DNA of 60,140 bases, counting the filler, from Sphacelaria rigidula (taxonomy: Eukaryota), in the NCBI GenBank assembly GCA_964200075.2. It is 9 parts of 9 records of this genome, joined end to end, with 100 filler letters (N's around TTAATTAATTAA, not from the genome) between each part and the next. Parts side by side here need not be neighbours in the genome. Positions count along the whole stretch, not along the records: positions 1 to 6,594 come from CAXNAA020019164.1; positions 6,695 to 13,288 come from CAXNAA020019165.1; 7 more parts are not named here. One strand, given 5' to 3'. The translations under genes and the position numbers were made by a program. How positions within the stretch are numbered: position 1 is the first letter of the stretch; each line of letters opens with the position of its first letter. Of this stretch, positions 1 to 10,995 are shown piece by piece. The notes beneath the pieces are model-generated. The model saw only the letters and a list, made by a program, of their open reading frames with translations. It was not told where the DNA came from and did no database searches.

Positions 1-17
1 CTTGCCAAGCTCAAAAG
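1..17 (+). CDS. DRG1: DRG1 GTPase, 3' end of an upstream exon (partial)
   Basis: CTT GCC AAG CTC AAA AG|GTGAG encodes LAKLK-R. The phase-2 donor joins the exon at 3995 to give LAKLKRELL, the conserved DRG N-terminus. Confidence 0.75.
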
Positions 18-105
18 GTGAGCCGGGCGGGGAGGGGAGGAAGGGGGGGGGGGGGAGAGGAGGCATATATGTCGTCTGTTTTTGTTGTTATATTGTAAAC
101 TATAA

Positions 106-877
106 GCGCCCTTCTTAACGAAGGGGATAATCCCCTTTTTCGAAAACGACCAGTGATTTGGTCGCTGCGATACTACCCCCCTCCTCAACGTGCACAGAAA
201 TCCCCTTTTCAAAAGGGGATTTCCGGACACCTCGAAGGGGAACATACGTGTCCGGTTGACGGGGGCACATGCAAAGGCTTACCACACAGCCTAACACAGT
301 CAGAGCTGAACCTGAGGAACTTGATGGCCCCGCAAACCAAAAACACACAGCTCCAAGCCGTAGCTGCTCATCAGCTGTGCACGTTGTGCGTGGCCTTGCT
401 CCAATCCGTTCAGAATTCATGGAGAAATTATTATTTGTGTGAGACGCGCGTGCAGCACACGCTTACAAAACGGTCAGCAACGACACGCTTTCGGTTGTTT
501 TTGACACGCATGCGGCCGCCATTCGTCCAATACAGAACGGATTTCTGTCAAGCGAAGGCTGCCGTATGTAGATTAGCAAGACTTAGCATAGAAACTAATG
601 GGCGTGAGTGGTGAGTGTGCGTCTTTTTTCGGGGCTGGGTGTGTAGTTGCTGTGTTGGCTTGTTGTGTTTAGTCTGCAGCATTATACAGACCTTGGGCCT
701 GCTTGGACTAACGACCACCTTCAGACCCGCCGCATTCCTCAATCTGCGTGCAGATCTAGGTTCCAAATTGTACAAAACTGCTTGTCGATAAGACTCGGCA
801 CTGGTCGTTCTGGTTTCAGTCCCCTGTCAAAAGGGGATTGTGAAAAAGGGGATAATCCCCTTCTTTTAGGAGGGCCC
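106..877. mobile_element. PIF/Harbinger-like MITE in DRG1 intron
   Basis: About 35-bp imperfect TIRs (gcgcccttcttaacgaaggggataatcccctttt / aaaaggggataatccccttcttttaggagggccc) with TAA on both sides (103-105, 878-880). No recognisable transposase ORF. Confidence 0.7.
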
Positions 878-2247
878 TAACTACGTGGTACTTCCGATCC
901 CTCCCCTTCCTCGAGACAAAATTTCGTGCAGTCAGTCTCGAGGAAAACAACCCATCTCTCCTCCGCCGATGCATGCGTGATATTTTTGATGTACCGCAGA
1001 TCGGATCCGTACCCCCGCGCACCGCGTCGACTCTCTTCGAATTTTTTTTTCGTACTCGAGTGATGTTATCGCATTTCCAATAACGAAAACCAGATTTTGC
1101 TAGAAATTAGTGTATCTTGCTTGGTGTGATTCGAACCCGTATCCTTCCTTCCCAACGTACAATGGATAGTGGGTCATTTTCCATCAAACAAACTGTACTT
1201 CATTTTCTTTCAGTCTTAACTCTGTCGCCCCCTCCCTCCCCTGCACACACCCTTTTGTGAGTAGTTTTTGTTATTTTCCGTCACCGATAACTCGATTGTT
1301 CTTGTCCATCTTTAAGCGAGGTATGGCGATTGTTTACTCAAAAACTAAACATGATCGAAATTTCGCGCTTCTATGATTAGGTACAGTGTGCGACAATCAA
1401 TAGATCAATCAGAGTCGAATCAATCGCGATGCTTGCCTCCGTTGACACAGCTTTCCTCCCGTTTTTCCAGCGCAAGAATAAAAATCGAGAGCTTACTCAA
1501 ACATCCAGTATCCTGCTCAGTGAGGTGGACATTCGGCCACCAGGCCAGTGAAAGCTGGCTGAATGAATCAGAGACAATTTTTTTCACCTGTGGAGTATAT
1601 CTTTTCCAATTTCACGAAGTAAAGTTGGTTTCTGCTGCGGGTAAAAACTCGACTTACTGTTTTTTTGCGTCAGGATTCTTGCGTCAGGATTTTACAATCG
1701 GATTCTTGCAATAGTTTTTTCGCTAGATTTTTCCACTCTAAAACCCCCATCGACTTCGTATTTTTTGGGGATAACTTCGTCAAACGGACACCAAACGCAT
1801 CCTGCTCCAAGGGGGACCTGGACAAACAGCAGTCGCTTCTGCCCACCTAGTATCATCCTCCGAATCGAGGTCTTGAGTAAAACCCCTCAGCGCTTGGTGC
1901 CCATGTACAAGGATGATCTACATCGAGTATCATGCTCCAAAACCTACCTGACAAGGGGGCAACGCCCCCCTACAGACAGTAGCAATGCTAGCGGATTCTA
2001 CGTCCTGACCGTCTGTGACAGTCTGACAGCCGGCACGGTGGTTATGGTAGTGTCCTCCTAGCGACATCAACTTACAGTGCACTAAAGCAGAGCTTGCAGG
2101 TGAATGTTTCGGCGATTGCCTCACCTGCAATTCGCCCAGATATTGCCCCTGCATTATATGTGGAAAATCTACCCAACCGTGGACAAAAACAATCTACAGA
2201 CAGTACGAACACGATGTGGAAAGTGTACTGCGCAACGTCGAGTATGC

Positions 2248-2322
2248 TGTGTGTGTTGTCGTCCCATAAATTCTGGGCGCCGGTCTCCACCTTTCGGCAT
2301 ATGTGGGCGCACCAGCCGCGGC
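2248..2322 (-). mobile_element. 3' fragment of the tRNA-derived SINE seen at 59741-60033
   Basis: tgtgtgtgttgtcgtcccataaattctgggcgccggtctccacctttcggcatatgtgggcgcaccagccgcgg matches 59747-59821 and 46690-46755. Confidence 0.65.
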
Positions 2323-3509
2323 TGTGTTCCCATACAGCTTCGCCCAAGATACAGGCAGCCATTACAGCGGCGGAGGCGGCCTTTCACTCCCGCGTGCGCC
2401 ACCTGGGGCAAACGCACGCTGTAGCTGCAACACGGACAGCTTCACAAAATGTGACGTAGCAATATAGCGCGTGTCGAGGAGGTTTAAATCCTGCGTACAC
2501 CCTGGCTGCGATACAACGGCTGCACTCATGATGTGGCGAACTGCATAGGACAACGCGAAATCAATGCAGGACAGGGATAGACTTAGGATGCGACGTTCTG
2601 CGGTGTGCTTTGTCACCCTGCACCCTGCCGCTGTGCAGTGAGCAGGTAGTACCGCCGCAGGCGTCACGCTGCGGTTGGTACACAGTATCGGCTCCACACC
2701 CAAAGGGTAACCCCTGCATTGAATTTCAATAAAACGCACTGAATTAAATTACACGGGCGGAGCGCGTGATTTTCGAGCAGCACGCGCGCTAGCGTTTCCG
2801 TGTTGCCGACACCGTGCCAGTGTGCACTACAGCGTTGTTCTCTCCCGTGGCAGCCCGTCACGGTATTGCTCCTCATGTTTCATGACGCTTTATTCGGAAG
2901 CACTCAGAAGAAATGCCAGCGAGTCCATCGTTGTTGCACTTGGAGGTGTGGTGTACCAGTTTTTCTATCTAGTACTGCCGCATGCTCCGTGCTGTACGAA
3001 CTAGTATACCGTACCAGTTCGAAAACGGATATGCATAAAATAAACGCCACCGACATGCCCTGGTTATCATGAACTGTACTTGTACGAGGCGCGGAGACCG
3101 TAGTTTTTGGCAAGGAATGCAAAGACGCAACCATACTGTAGTACAGGTAGTATTTCATGCAACACGTGATTCGAACGAGACACAAAACAAAGCATTTACA
3201 CGATGATACCCGGGCGTTTTGGTACTGAAACGAGTCTACCACTCCCTCCACTACCTACCGTGAGGAGATAAATACCACGTCTAAATACAAAATAAGTTAC
3301 GGGCAGACCTTCGTTTTGTAGTAGAGGGCCCAGCCGAAACCACTCCGGGTTCACCGCCGAAATCCGAGACGGCAACGTCCCAAACACCGAAATAAATTGA
3401 AATTGGAAGCGCCCTGGACACAGGGCAATCTATTTTACAAAATATGACAAGACAGTACGTCACGACAAGATCCCGCGCTGAAACGTTGATTCTTCTCATC
3501 ATATTTTAA

Positions 3510-3748
3510 CCCTTTTGAAAATCGCGAAAGAGAGGAGAAAAACTCAGATATGCGAGCTTTTTGTCACCGGGAAAATGTCACTTCGAGTTCGGTGCACGAA
3601 TCTGTCACCTTAATGTACTTGAACTCGGAGTGGTGCACCGTTTGGTGGGCTGCATCATCAACAGTTGCAGGAGAACAACCATATCTTGCCCAGCCCAAGA
3701 GAACGTCAATTGTAAGTCGTCATTTTTCCATTAACGGATCCAAAAGGG
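3510..3748. mobile_element. Possible piggyBac-like mini element
   Basis: TTAA-CCCTTTTG ... CAAAAGGG-TTAT termini. Only 8 bp of TIR. Confidence 0.35.
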
Positions 3749-3994
3749 TTATTCTTGTTGCCGAAGTAAGAGAATCAAGTACTGCAGAGAGAGAGAGAGC
3801 TCTGCAAAAACTGTAGTATCGCCTCATACTCTCGACCGCGGGTCTGAACTGAACAAACAGGATGTATGCCATCGTTACCAAAACACATTCCGTGACCATA
3901 GCTGGACCCCCAGGAGGTCAGTTAAGGTGCGACAATCAATCGAAAAAAAAAACTAATTATTTTCCCCACCCCCGCTTCCCCGTTCATCTCACAG

Positions 3995-4169
3995 GGAACT
4001 TCTGGAAGCAGACTCGGGAGGAAGGGGAGGCGGTGGAGGTGGCGGCCGAGGATTCGATGTCAGCAAGGCGGGCGACACGAGGGTAGGGTTTGTAGGCTTT
4101 CCATCAGTGGGAAAGTCGACGCTGCTGACCAAACTCACCGGAACGCACAGTGAGGCTGCTGCGTATGAG
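3995..4169 (+). CDS. DRG1: DRG1 GTPase exon containing the G1/P-loop
   Basis: cag|G GAA CTT... encodes [58 protein letters not shown], ending at a GCAAGT donor. [12 protein letters not shown] is DRG1-type. Confidence 0.92.
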
Positions 4170-4560
4170 GCAAGTCCTGTGGGCACCTGGTCTTGTGTGA
4201 ATAGGCCACAACACTGGTGTGATGGGTGTCCTCTGCGCGTTGAAATATTCTTATTTAGTTATTTTTAGTTTCTTCTGTTTTTCTAAAATTGTACCCGTCG
4301 GACCCGAAACATAGGCAGGATTTGGACATGCGGCACAAAAACGCTTGCAGTTTCAACTTTTATTTCGATCGATTTTTTTTTTTATCGTTTTTGCGATGTC
4401 ATTATGAGAATCACTGGTGAATCCGTCGTTTTCCAAAATGTTCACAGCATATTCTTGCACTCCACAATAGCACCGGAAACAGGAGCGGTAATCGCCGGGT
4501 AAAGAAAGACCTTCCAATCTTCGGATTGACATGTCTGTTGCTAACGGCGCTGCTGGGAAG

Positions 4561-4810
4561 ATGCCCAGGAAGAATCTCAATAAAAATGAGAGACGCGCGT
4601 TGATCGACGAGCTCCTCAAAGGCAGCACAGATGGCAAGTCGGTCAAGGGAAACTGAGAACGATGCCCGGAGGTGTTCGGTTGCTCGGTTGACCAAGTTTC
4701 GCGTGTGTGGCACCGATACAAGCAGGAAAAGAACGCTGATACCTCAGCTGTACACATGCGCAGCAACCATGCCGAGAACTCGCGCAGCAACCGTGCTAAT
4801 ATTCAACCAA
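4561..4810 (+). pseudogene. Mariner/Tc1-like transposase N-terminal (HTH) remnant in DRG1 intron
   Basis: MPRKNLNKNERRALIDELLKGSTDGKSVKGN*ERCPEVFGCSVDQVSRVW resembles the N-terminus of plant/oomycete mariner-type transposases. It has an internal stop and no DDE domain. Confidence 0.5.
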
Positions 4811-5029
4811 AGTGTGGCCTTGAGTGCACGCCTCAGGGCAAAACAATAATGTCTGCAGTTGAACACCCAGAGGGAATCCAGCAAAACCCGGGGGTGATAT
4901 GAAGTGATACCCGGGTTTCCCAGGGGATTTTTTTGCCCCCCCTTTCCCCCACCTAAAATGCCAAAAACGCATATCTTGTTAAATGTTGTGTGTGTGTGTG
5001 TGTGTGTGTTTTTCTCATCGCCCGTTCAG

Positions 5030-5203
5030 TTTACGACACTAACGGCCGTACCGGGGACTCTAAACTATCGAGGGGCAAAGATCCAAATGCTTGATCTTCC
5101 CGGTATCATTGAGGGCGCTAAAGACGGAAAGGGGCGAGGGCGGCAGGTCATCGGGACGGCGAGGACATGCAACATGCTTCTCATCTGCTTGGATGTGATG
5201 AAG
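5030..5203 (+). CDS. DRG1: DRG1 GTPase exon containing G2/G3 (gene continues beyond the contig)
   Basis: ttcag|[58 protein letters not shown]|gtgcgg, the hallmark DRG motifs. Confidence 0.95.
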
Positions 5204-6594
5204 GTGCGGTGCGGCGTACGTGTCGAGGAGGGATCAAGGAATGGAATGTTGTCGTCCACGTCATTTCGATGTGTGGTCATCGTTTTTTGGGGGGTTTTAT
5301 GCCCCCGTCGAACCGTGGTCGCGACTCGTCGTTTTCGTCGTCGTCGTATTTGGTGTTGTTGGTGTTAGTGCTGCTGCTGTTGCTGATGCTGATGCTGTTG
5401 CTTCTGCTACCGCTATTGCTCCTTGCAGAAGGAACCCTTGAGGAACCTCTCTGATGTATGTCTGTTCGTATTTTCGTTTCCAGTAAAAAATGAATGTTAT
5501 GGGGGTGAATGGGGCCCGATTTTGGGCACTATATAAATGTAAAATGGACCGACCACTATCCACCGCAGAAAAACTGACCCGTAATCGAGCCAATCGTATC
5601 AATCACAAATACAGACGTCATCTTCGAATGACGATCTCGCTAATATGAAATGACCTCGAACTTCAGTACATATTTACAAGCTTGCGAGTGGTCGGTGTCG
5701 CGGAAATGTTGTTGTTCCAGGGACTGCACTGATATATTGTCGTGTGCTTGTATTGTTTAGCTGTTGCACTCGGGAAGCACACGCCCACTACGTTCCACCC
5801 CACAATCACCGTCCTTCTCAACATCAGCAGTCAAGAACACGAAAAGTGGCAGTAGTTTCAGGCGTCACCCACAACACCAACCCCACTTAACCCTTTTACT
5901 CACATACCGCAAAAACGAAGCAGCAGAGAATATTCAAACAATTACCACAAGTGTCGAGTATCGTGGAACAAATGAGGATGATGTAGACGATGTTGACGAA
6001 GAAAAAGTGATTCACGCTGTACGGCTGGGCTGCACATGGCATACCCCGCACCTTTCGGTGATCGCGGATTTGGAGAGCAATTAGTTCATGAGCACCATGG
6101 GCTCAGGGTCGTGGCACGAGTGGAAGAAATCACTTTTGTGTTCTCCACTCCTGAAAGCAAACCGTCAAAAGCAAACTTCACCTCTGCGAGACAAGACACA
6201 AGACGTTCGGAGCTGTCAGCGTTGAACCGTCACGTTGCCTCTTATGTCATGCTGACCACCATGGCAGCGCACAAGGAGCTGCGTAATCAAGGCACCCACA
6301 TTTCCATTTCACATGACATCGGCATAGAGAAAGTGCTGGAATGTGCATGTTGGCGCAAATGCCCTAGCTCATTCTTGCTTTGTAGCGAAACTGCAACTTG
6401 CCAACCGCGATGTTTACATATTGTTGTTAGTGTACACAGGCGGCAGTGGCAGCAAATATCACGGCTGGTGCTGTTAGTCCGTGAAGTGCGGTACACAGAC
6501 TATGGTCAAAACCGCTCTTCACACGTGCGTTCCTGCGCTTGATCCGTCCGACGTACGCTCAGGCAACTTTCATGTGTGACCTCGGCCACTGCAA

Positions 6595-6694
6595 NNNNNN
6601 NNNNNNNNNNNNNNNNNNNNNNNNNNNNNNNNNNNNNNTTAATTAATTAANNNNNNNNNNNNNNNNNNNNNNNNNNNNNNNNNNNNNNNNNNNN
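6595..6694. other. Artificial contig linker
   Basis: N44-TTAATTAATTAA-N44, which puts stops in all six frames. Confidence 0.97.
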
Positions 6695-9066
6695 CGAATT
6701 TGCATTTCGGAACTAAAACGATTCATTCACTGATTGACCGCTTTTCACTCTCGATTGTATCATTTACTCTCAATCTCACGAAAACACTGTTCCCAGTGGC
6801 TACCCGTGATACAGCGCCTATCGGCACATATTCTCTGCCGTCTATTGCCACACCGGCAATGCAGGATAATATGTATAGAACATATTATACTGTATTGAAG
6901 TACGGTCGAGATGCAGCAGGTGAATACGCGGTGGGTATATAATGACACCCTTGTGGAAATATGACGTACCGATTCTGCAAATTCGAAACGGTTGTATGTT
7001 GTAGGAGTCCGCAATAGGTGTACACAGAAGTTTACAAGTTCTGTTGTTGGTGTGGTGTTGATACTCAATGCTCTCCCTCCGATGAAGAAGAGCGCTCAGA
7101 GTACTTTCGTGATTGGGTGCGATGTGCTTGGACCCTGGACAAAAGATATAACATAACATTGTCGCTACGATAGCCCTGATAATTTGACTGCCATGTTCAT
7201 TGTCAGCCACAATCGACTGGGATCACTGTCTATTGATAACTATTGTAGGCAACAATAGGCCCAGGAGGAGGGACAATAGACCCAGGAGGAGGGACACCCC
7301 CAGGGGTCCAGCTGGGTGACATACAATCTATATTTGACGGTCTCAAAGGTAAGCTATGTTTTACGCAACTAGATCTAGGCACAGGATTTCACCAAGATGA
7401 GATTGCTGAAAAGGAACGCCATAAAACGGCGTTCAGAGATGCAGATGGCCTACTCTTCGAGGTCACCAGGGGGGGTTTCGGTCTGGCAGTACTCCCGGCG
7501 GCCTTCACTCGTAGAGTGAAATCAACGATAGGCAACCTGGATGGTGTACACAGCTGGCTAGATAGAATCCTCGAGTCATCCTACGAGGGAGGGGGGTATT
7601 TGATTGCACGAAAAAAGAGGCCCATAGCTGCGTCAGACGGCCTGCCACACTCGCGATGCCCCTGTATTTGGTTAAAAACGATATCAAGCAGTATGAACGA
7701 GCGTTGCCTATCTATAACAAGCTCGTTCGAACATTCCTAGCTGCTTTCAATGACGATTTGCCTTGGAATTCCGTGCAAGAAGTGGCCTAAAGTACCACTC
7801 CATTCCCCTATCGTGGGACGAGCACTTGGCTCTATAACTTGCCATGATCTTGCAACGATTGTCGACTGCAGGATTTTCGATGAACTTCGCTAAATGTAGC
7901 TTTGCAGCAACGCCTGAGGAGTTCGTTGGCATCCTGACCGATGGTACCTGCATACAACCGGCTCCGTCCAAACTCGTCGCAGTTGCTAAGATGCCAGGTC
8001 CATGCACTGTCGAGGAACTACGTTCGTTTTTAGGACTTTCCGGGTACGTCGGACAGTTTGTCGAGAAGTACAGCACCATAGCCGCCCCGCTGACCAACAT
8101 TCTTCGCCAAAAAGATTTTGCCTCACGTCGTGCACGAAAGCTACCCATTTCGTGGGGTGATGGCCAGGAAGCAGTGTTCGAGACGCTCAAGTCGGCCTTA
8201 GCATACCCGACGACACTAGCTTTCCCCGACCGGAACAGCGCGTTCGAATCGCAGACAGATGCCAGCACAGTGGGTGCTAGGGCCACTTTCCTGCAGCCAG
8301 TGGGGGGAGGACGAGTCTCGCATCATCGCATTCGTGAGTCGTCGGTGTTCATGTACAGACTCGCGCCGAGCACCCACAGAAGAAATGCATGGCCGTGATA
8401 TGAGGAGTCCAACACTTTAGACCGTACCTATCTGGTAGGAAGTTCAGATTGGTCACCGAATGTTCCGCTCTGTCATGATTGTTTCGTAGTCGTGATCTGT
8501 GCGCCAAGCTACACAGGTTGGCCCTCCGTCTCATAGAGTACGACATGGAACTCCGATGGCGGGAGGGAACCCAACACGTGCTACTTGATGCCATGTCTCG
8601 TCTTCCGCATCAATAGAAACCAGGAGACGACATAGACGACGCATAACCCAACGACTTCACCTCTGGCACGTCCTCGGAAGCCGCAGGGCCCCGCAGTCCA
8701 CAACTGGCCGGGAACTAGTTGTCGGAGTTGTCAGCCTGTGGTTTCAAAAGGGAACAAATGGGTATATCCGACTCGAGATGCCTAGGCACCTCGCAAGCAC
8801 CCCCTTTCACTGACTGTGCGTCAATAGAAGACGAATCACCCCGTCGTTCTCCCAGAATTCGCCGACCGTCCTTCCGGCGTTGCTCGCGTAGGTATCTTGC
8901 CCACAGATGCTCGCACGAATCTTCAGTCGTCGGTAGGTCTCATGCCTATTGAAGTCCCGTCGACGGATACCGTTCCCATCACCCCTGCCCCCATCAGCGA
9001 GCGAGTGGAAGTGGAAGAAGTGCTTACTGCTGGGGGGATAGCCCTTCAACTCCAGGGAATACCGCA

Positions 9067-10995
9067 GTGGACACATCGGCAGTCGAAAAAGGAGTACATA
9101 TGTTGACGACCGCCCCCACGCTGAAATTCCAGCAAGAGGAAGACGCCTTCTTGGACCAGGTTGGATCGATACTGGGGGGAGAGGAGGTACACAGTACGGG
9201 TGATGAGAACGGCGACAGTACGGTGAGTGCGGACGAGGTGCAAGGCGGAGAGGAGGTGCCCAGTACAGGTGATGAGGATGGCGAGAGTACGGTGAGTGCG
9301 GACTGTGTAGAGGTGCACAGTATGGGTGATGAGAACGGCGAGAGTACGATGAGTGCGGACGAGGTGCAAGGGGGAGAGGAGGTGCCCAGTACGGGTGGTG
9401 AGAATGGCGAGAGTACGGTGAATGCAGACTGTGTGAAGGTGCACAGTATGGGTGATGAGAACGGCGAGAGTACGATGAGTGCGGACGAGGTGCAAGGGGG
9501 AGAGGAGGTGCCCAGTACGAATGATGAGGATGGCGAGAGTATGGTGACTGCCGACGATGTGCAGGGGGGAGAGGAGGTGCCCAGTTCGAGTGATAAAGAC
9601 GTCAAGAGTACGGTGAGTGCCAACGCAGCGCGAAAATACAGCCTGGACGGACAAGGTGTGGAGTGGTTTACGAAGGACAGCGAGAAGCCGTTGCTAGCGA
9701 TTCCCACCGCTATGGTACCCGATATCTTGGGGTTGGTACACACCTTACATGGCCATGCTGGAGTAGGCATCGAACTGTCTTTGAGTCGCGATCGTTTTTA
9801 CTCGCCGTCGATGATCAAGGATACCAGGGAATACGTGCTATCTTGCAGCTGTAGGAGGAGAAAGAGGGCTAGTAGCTGCAAGGTTACAATGATCCCTGGA
9901 CGAGCAGTGAACCCCTGGGAAGAGTTGGAGACGGACTTGCTGAGCGTAGACACAGCATCGCTAACGAACAACGAGTGTATCCCCGTGATCGTAGATCGCG
10001 CCTCTAAGTTTGCATTCGGTTTCCCCCTCCAGACGAAGCAGGCCGCAAGTGTAGCCCGCATTCTTGCCGAGCTATGCTTGACATTCCGCGTGCCGCGGAG
10101 AATCCGCGGTGACAGAGGAAAGGAATTTAGAGCCGACGTTGTGGCGCACCTATGCAGATGGCTGAAAGCGGACATCGCTTTCAGACCCTCCGATCATCTC
10201 AGGGGCCAAGAGGCAGTCGACAGATTGGGGGGATGGCTGCTTGACATGTTGGCGGAGCTGTGCAAGACGTGGCCCCAGAGATGGAACGAACATGCCTCTT
10301 CAGCACACTGGATCAAGCGTACCTTGTCCAGCGTTTCCCTACCCTCTGATATGTCCCCGTCCGAGCTCTTGTTCGATCGTAAGCTCCGCACGTCTGTAAG
10401 TTCACTAATCCCCCCATCCCTCGAGACGGGATCGAGTGAAGGACTGGATGCTTTCGTCGAGCAGCGCAAGCAGATCCTCATGGAGGTACGTCTGGCGCTT
10501 GAAAAGCGTCAGGCCACGAAGGAGTCGACTCGGGCGAAAATCAACGCCTTCATCATTAGACCCTCCGCCGGGGTGCCTGCGAGAGAAGGAGATTTGGTCA
10601 TGGTGCGCGAATCAGACAGTACGATACACCGCGACGGTAAGAGGAGGAAACTGCAACATGAACGGTACACGGGGCCATGGAAAGTGAAGGAAGTGTTGAT
10701 GACAGGCCTTAGTGTAGAGGTACTCATGCAGGGCCGTAAAATTCGTACACGTAGGGTAGCCGTCTCAGAGGTAAAACCCTTCCATGTTTATCCGCCACAC
10801 CTTAGGCACTCCACAGCTGACGAGTTTTCTCAACACGTATGGGGTGCAGACTGGAAGGGAACCATCACACCTGACCAAACTCCCGAATTCTTTACCTTGG
10901 TAGATCGCCGCGAAATCTACTCCACGACAGGCACGAAGCATTGGGAATATAAGGCGAGGACTTCAGGAGGGAAGGTGTCGGACTGGTTGCGTTAG
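9067..10995 (+). CDS. Gypsy integrase-containing ORF remnant (acidic repeats + integrase + chromo-like)
   Basis: 642-aa open frame with HHCC-like zinc finger, DDE core and GPW motif. Part of the decayed pol above. Confidence 0.8.
   Translation: MDTSAVEKGVHMLTTAPTLKFQQEEDAFLDQVGSILGGEEVHSTGDENGDSTVSADEVQGGEEVPSTGDEDGESTVSADCVEVHSMGDENGESTMSADEVQGGEEVPSTGGENGESTVNADCVKVHSMGDENGESTMSADEVQGGEEVPSTNDEDGESMVTADDVQGGEEVPSSSDKDVKSTVSANAARKYSLDGQGVEWFTKDSEKPLLAIPTAMVPDILGLVHTLHGHAGVGIELSLSRDRFYSPSMIKDTREYVLSCSCRRRKRASSCKVTMIPGRAVNPWEELETDLLSVDTASLTNNECIPVIVDRASKFAFGFPLQTKQAASVARILAELCLTFRVPRRIRGDRGKEFRADVVAHLCRWLKADIAFRPSDHLRGQEAVDRLGGWLLDMLAELCKTWPQRWNEHASSAHWIKRTLSSVSLPSDMSPSELLFDRKLRTSVSSLIPPSLETGSSEGLDAFVEQRKQILMEVRLALEKRQATKESTRAKINAFIIRPSAGVPAREGDLVMVRESDSTIHRDGKRRKLQHERYTGPWKVKEVLMTGLSVEVLMQGRKIRTRRVAVSEVKPFHVYPPHLRHSTADEFSQHVWGADWKGTITPDQTPEFFTLVDRREIYSTTGTKHWEYKARTSGGKVSDWLR
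9175..9625 (+). repeat. In-frame coding tandem repeat (69/57-nt units, 126-nt higher-order period)
   Basis: About 7 units of EV(H/P)S(T/M)GDE(N/D)GEST(V/M)SAD. gactgtgt recurs at 9301 and 9427. Confidence 0.9.

Noticed and set aside
9024..9770. Long antisense ORFs (248 aa and 202 aa)
   Set aside because: Shadows of the stop-free tandem repeat in the Gypsy pol.
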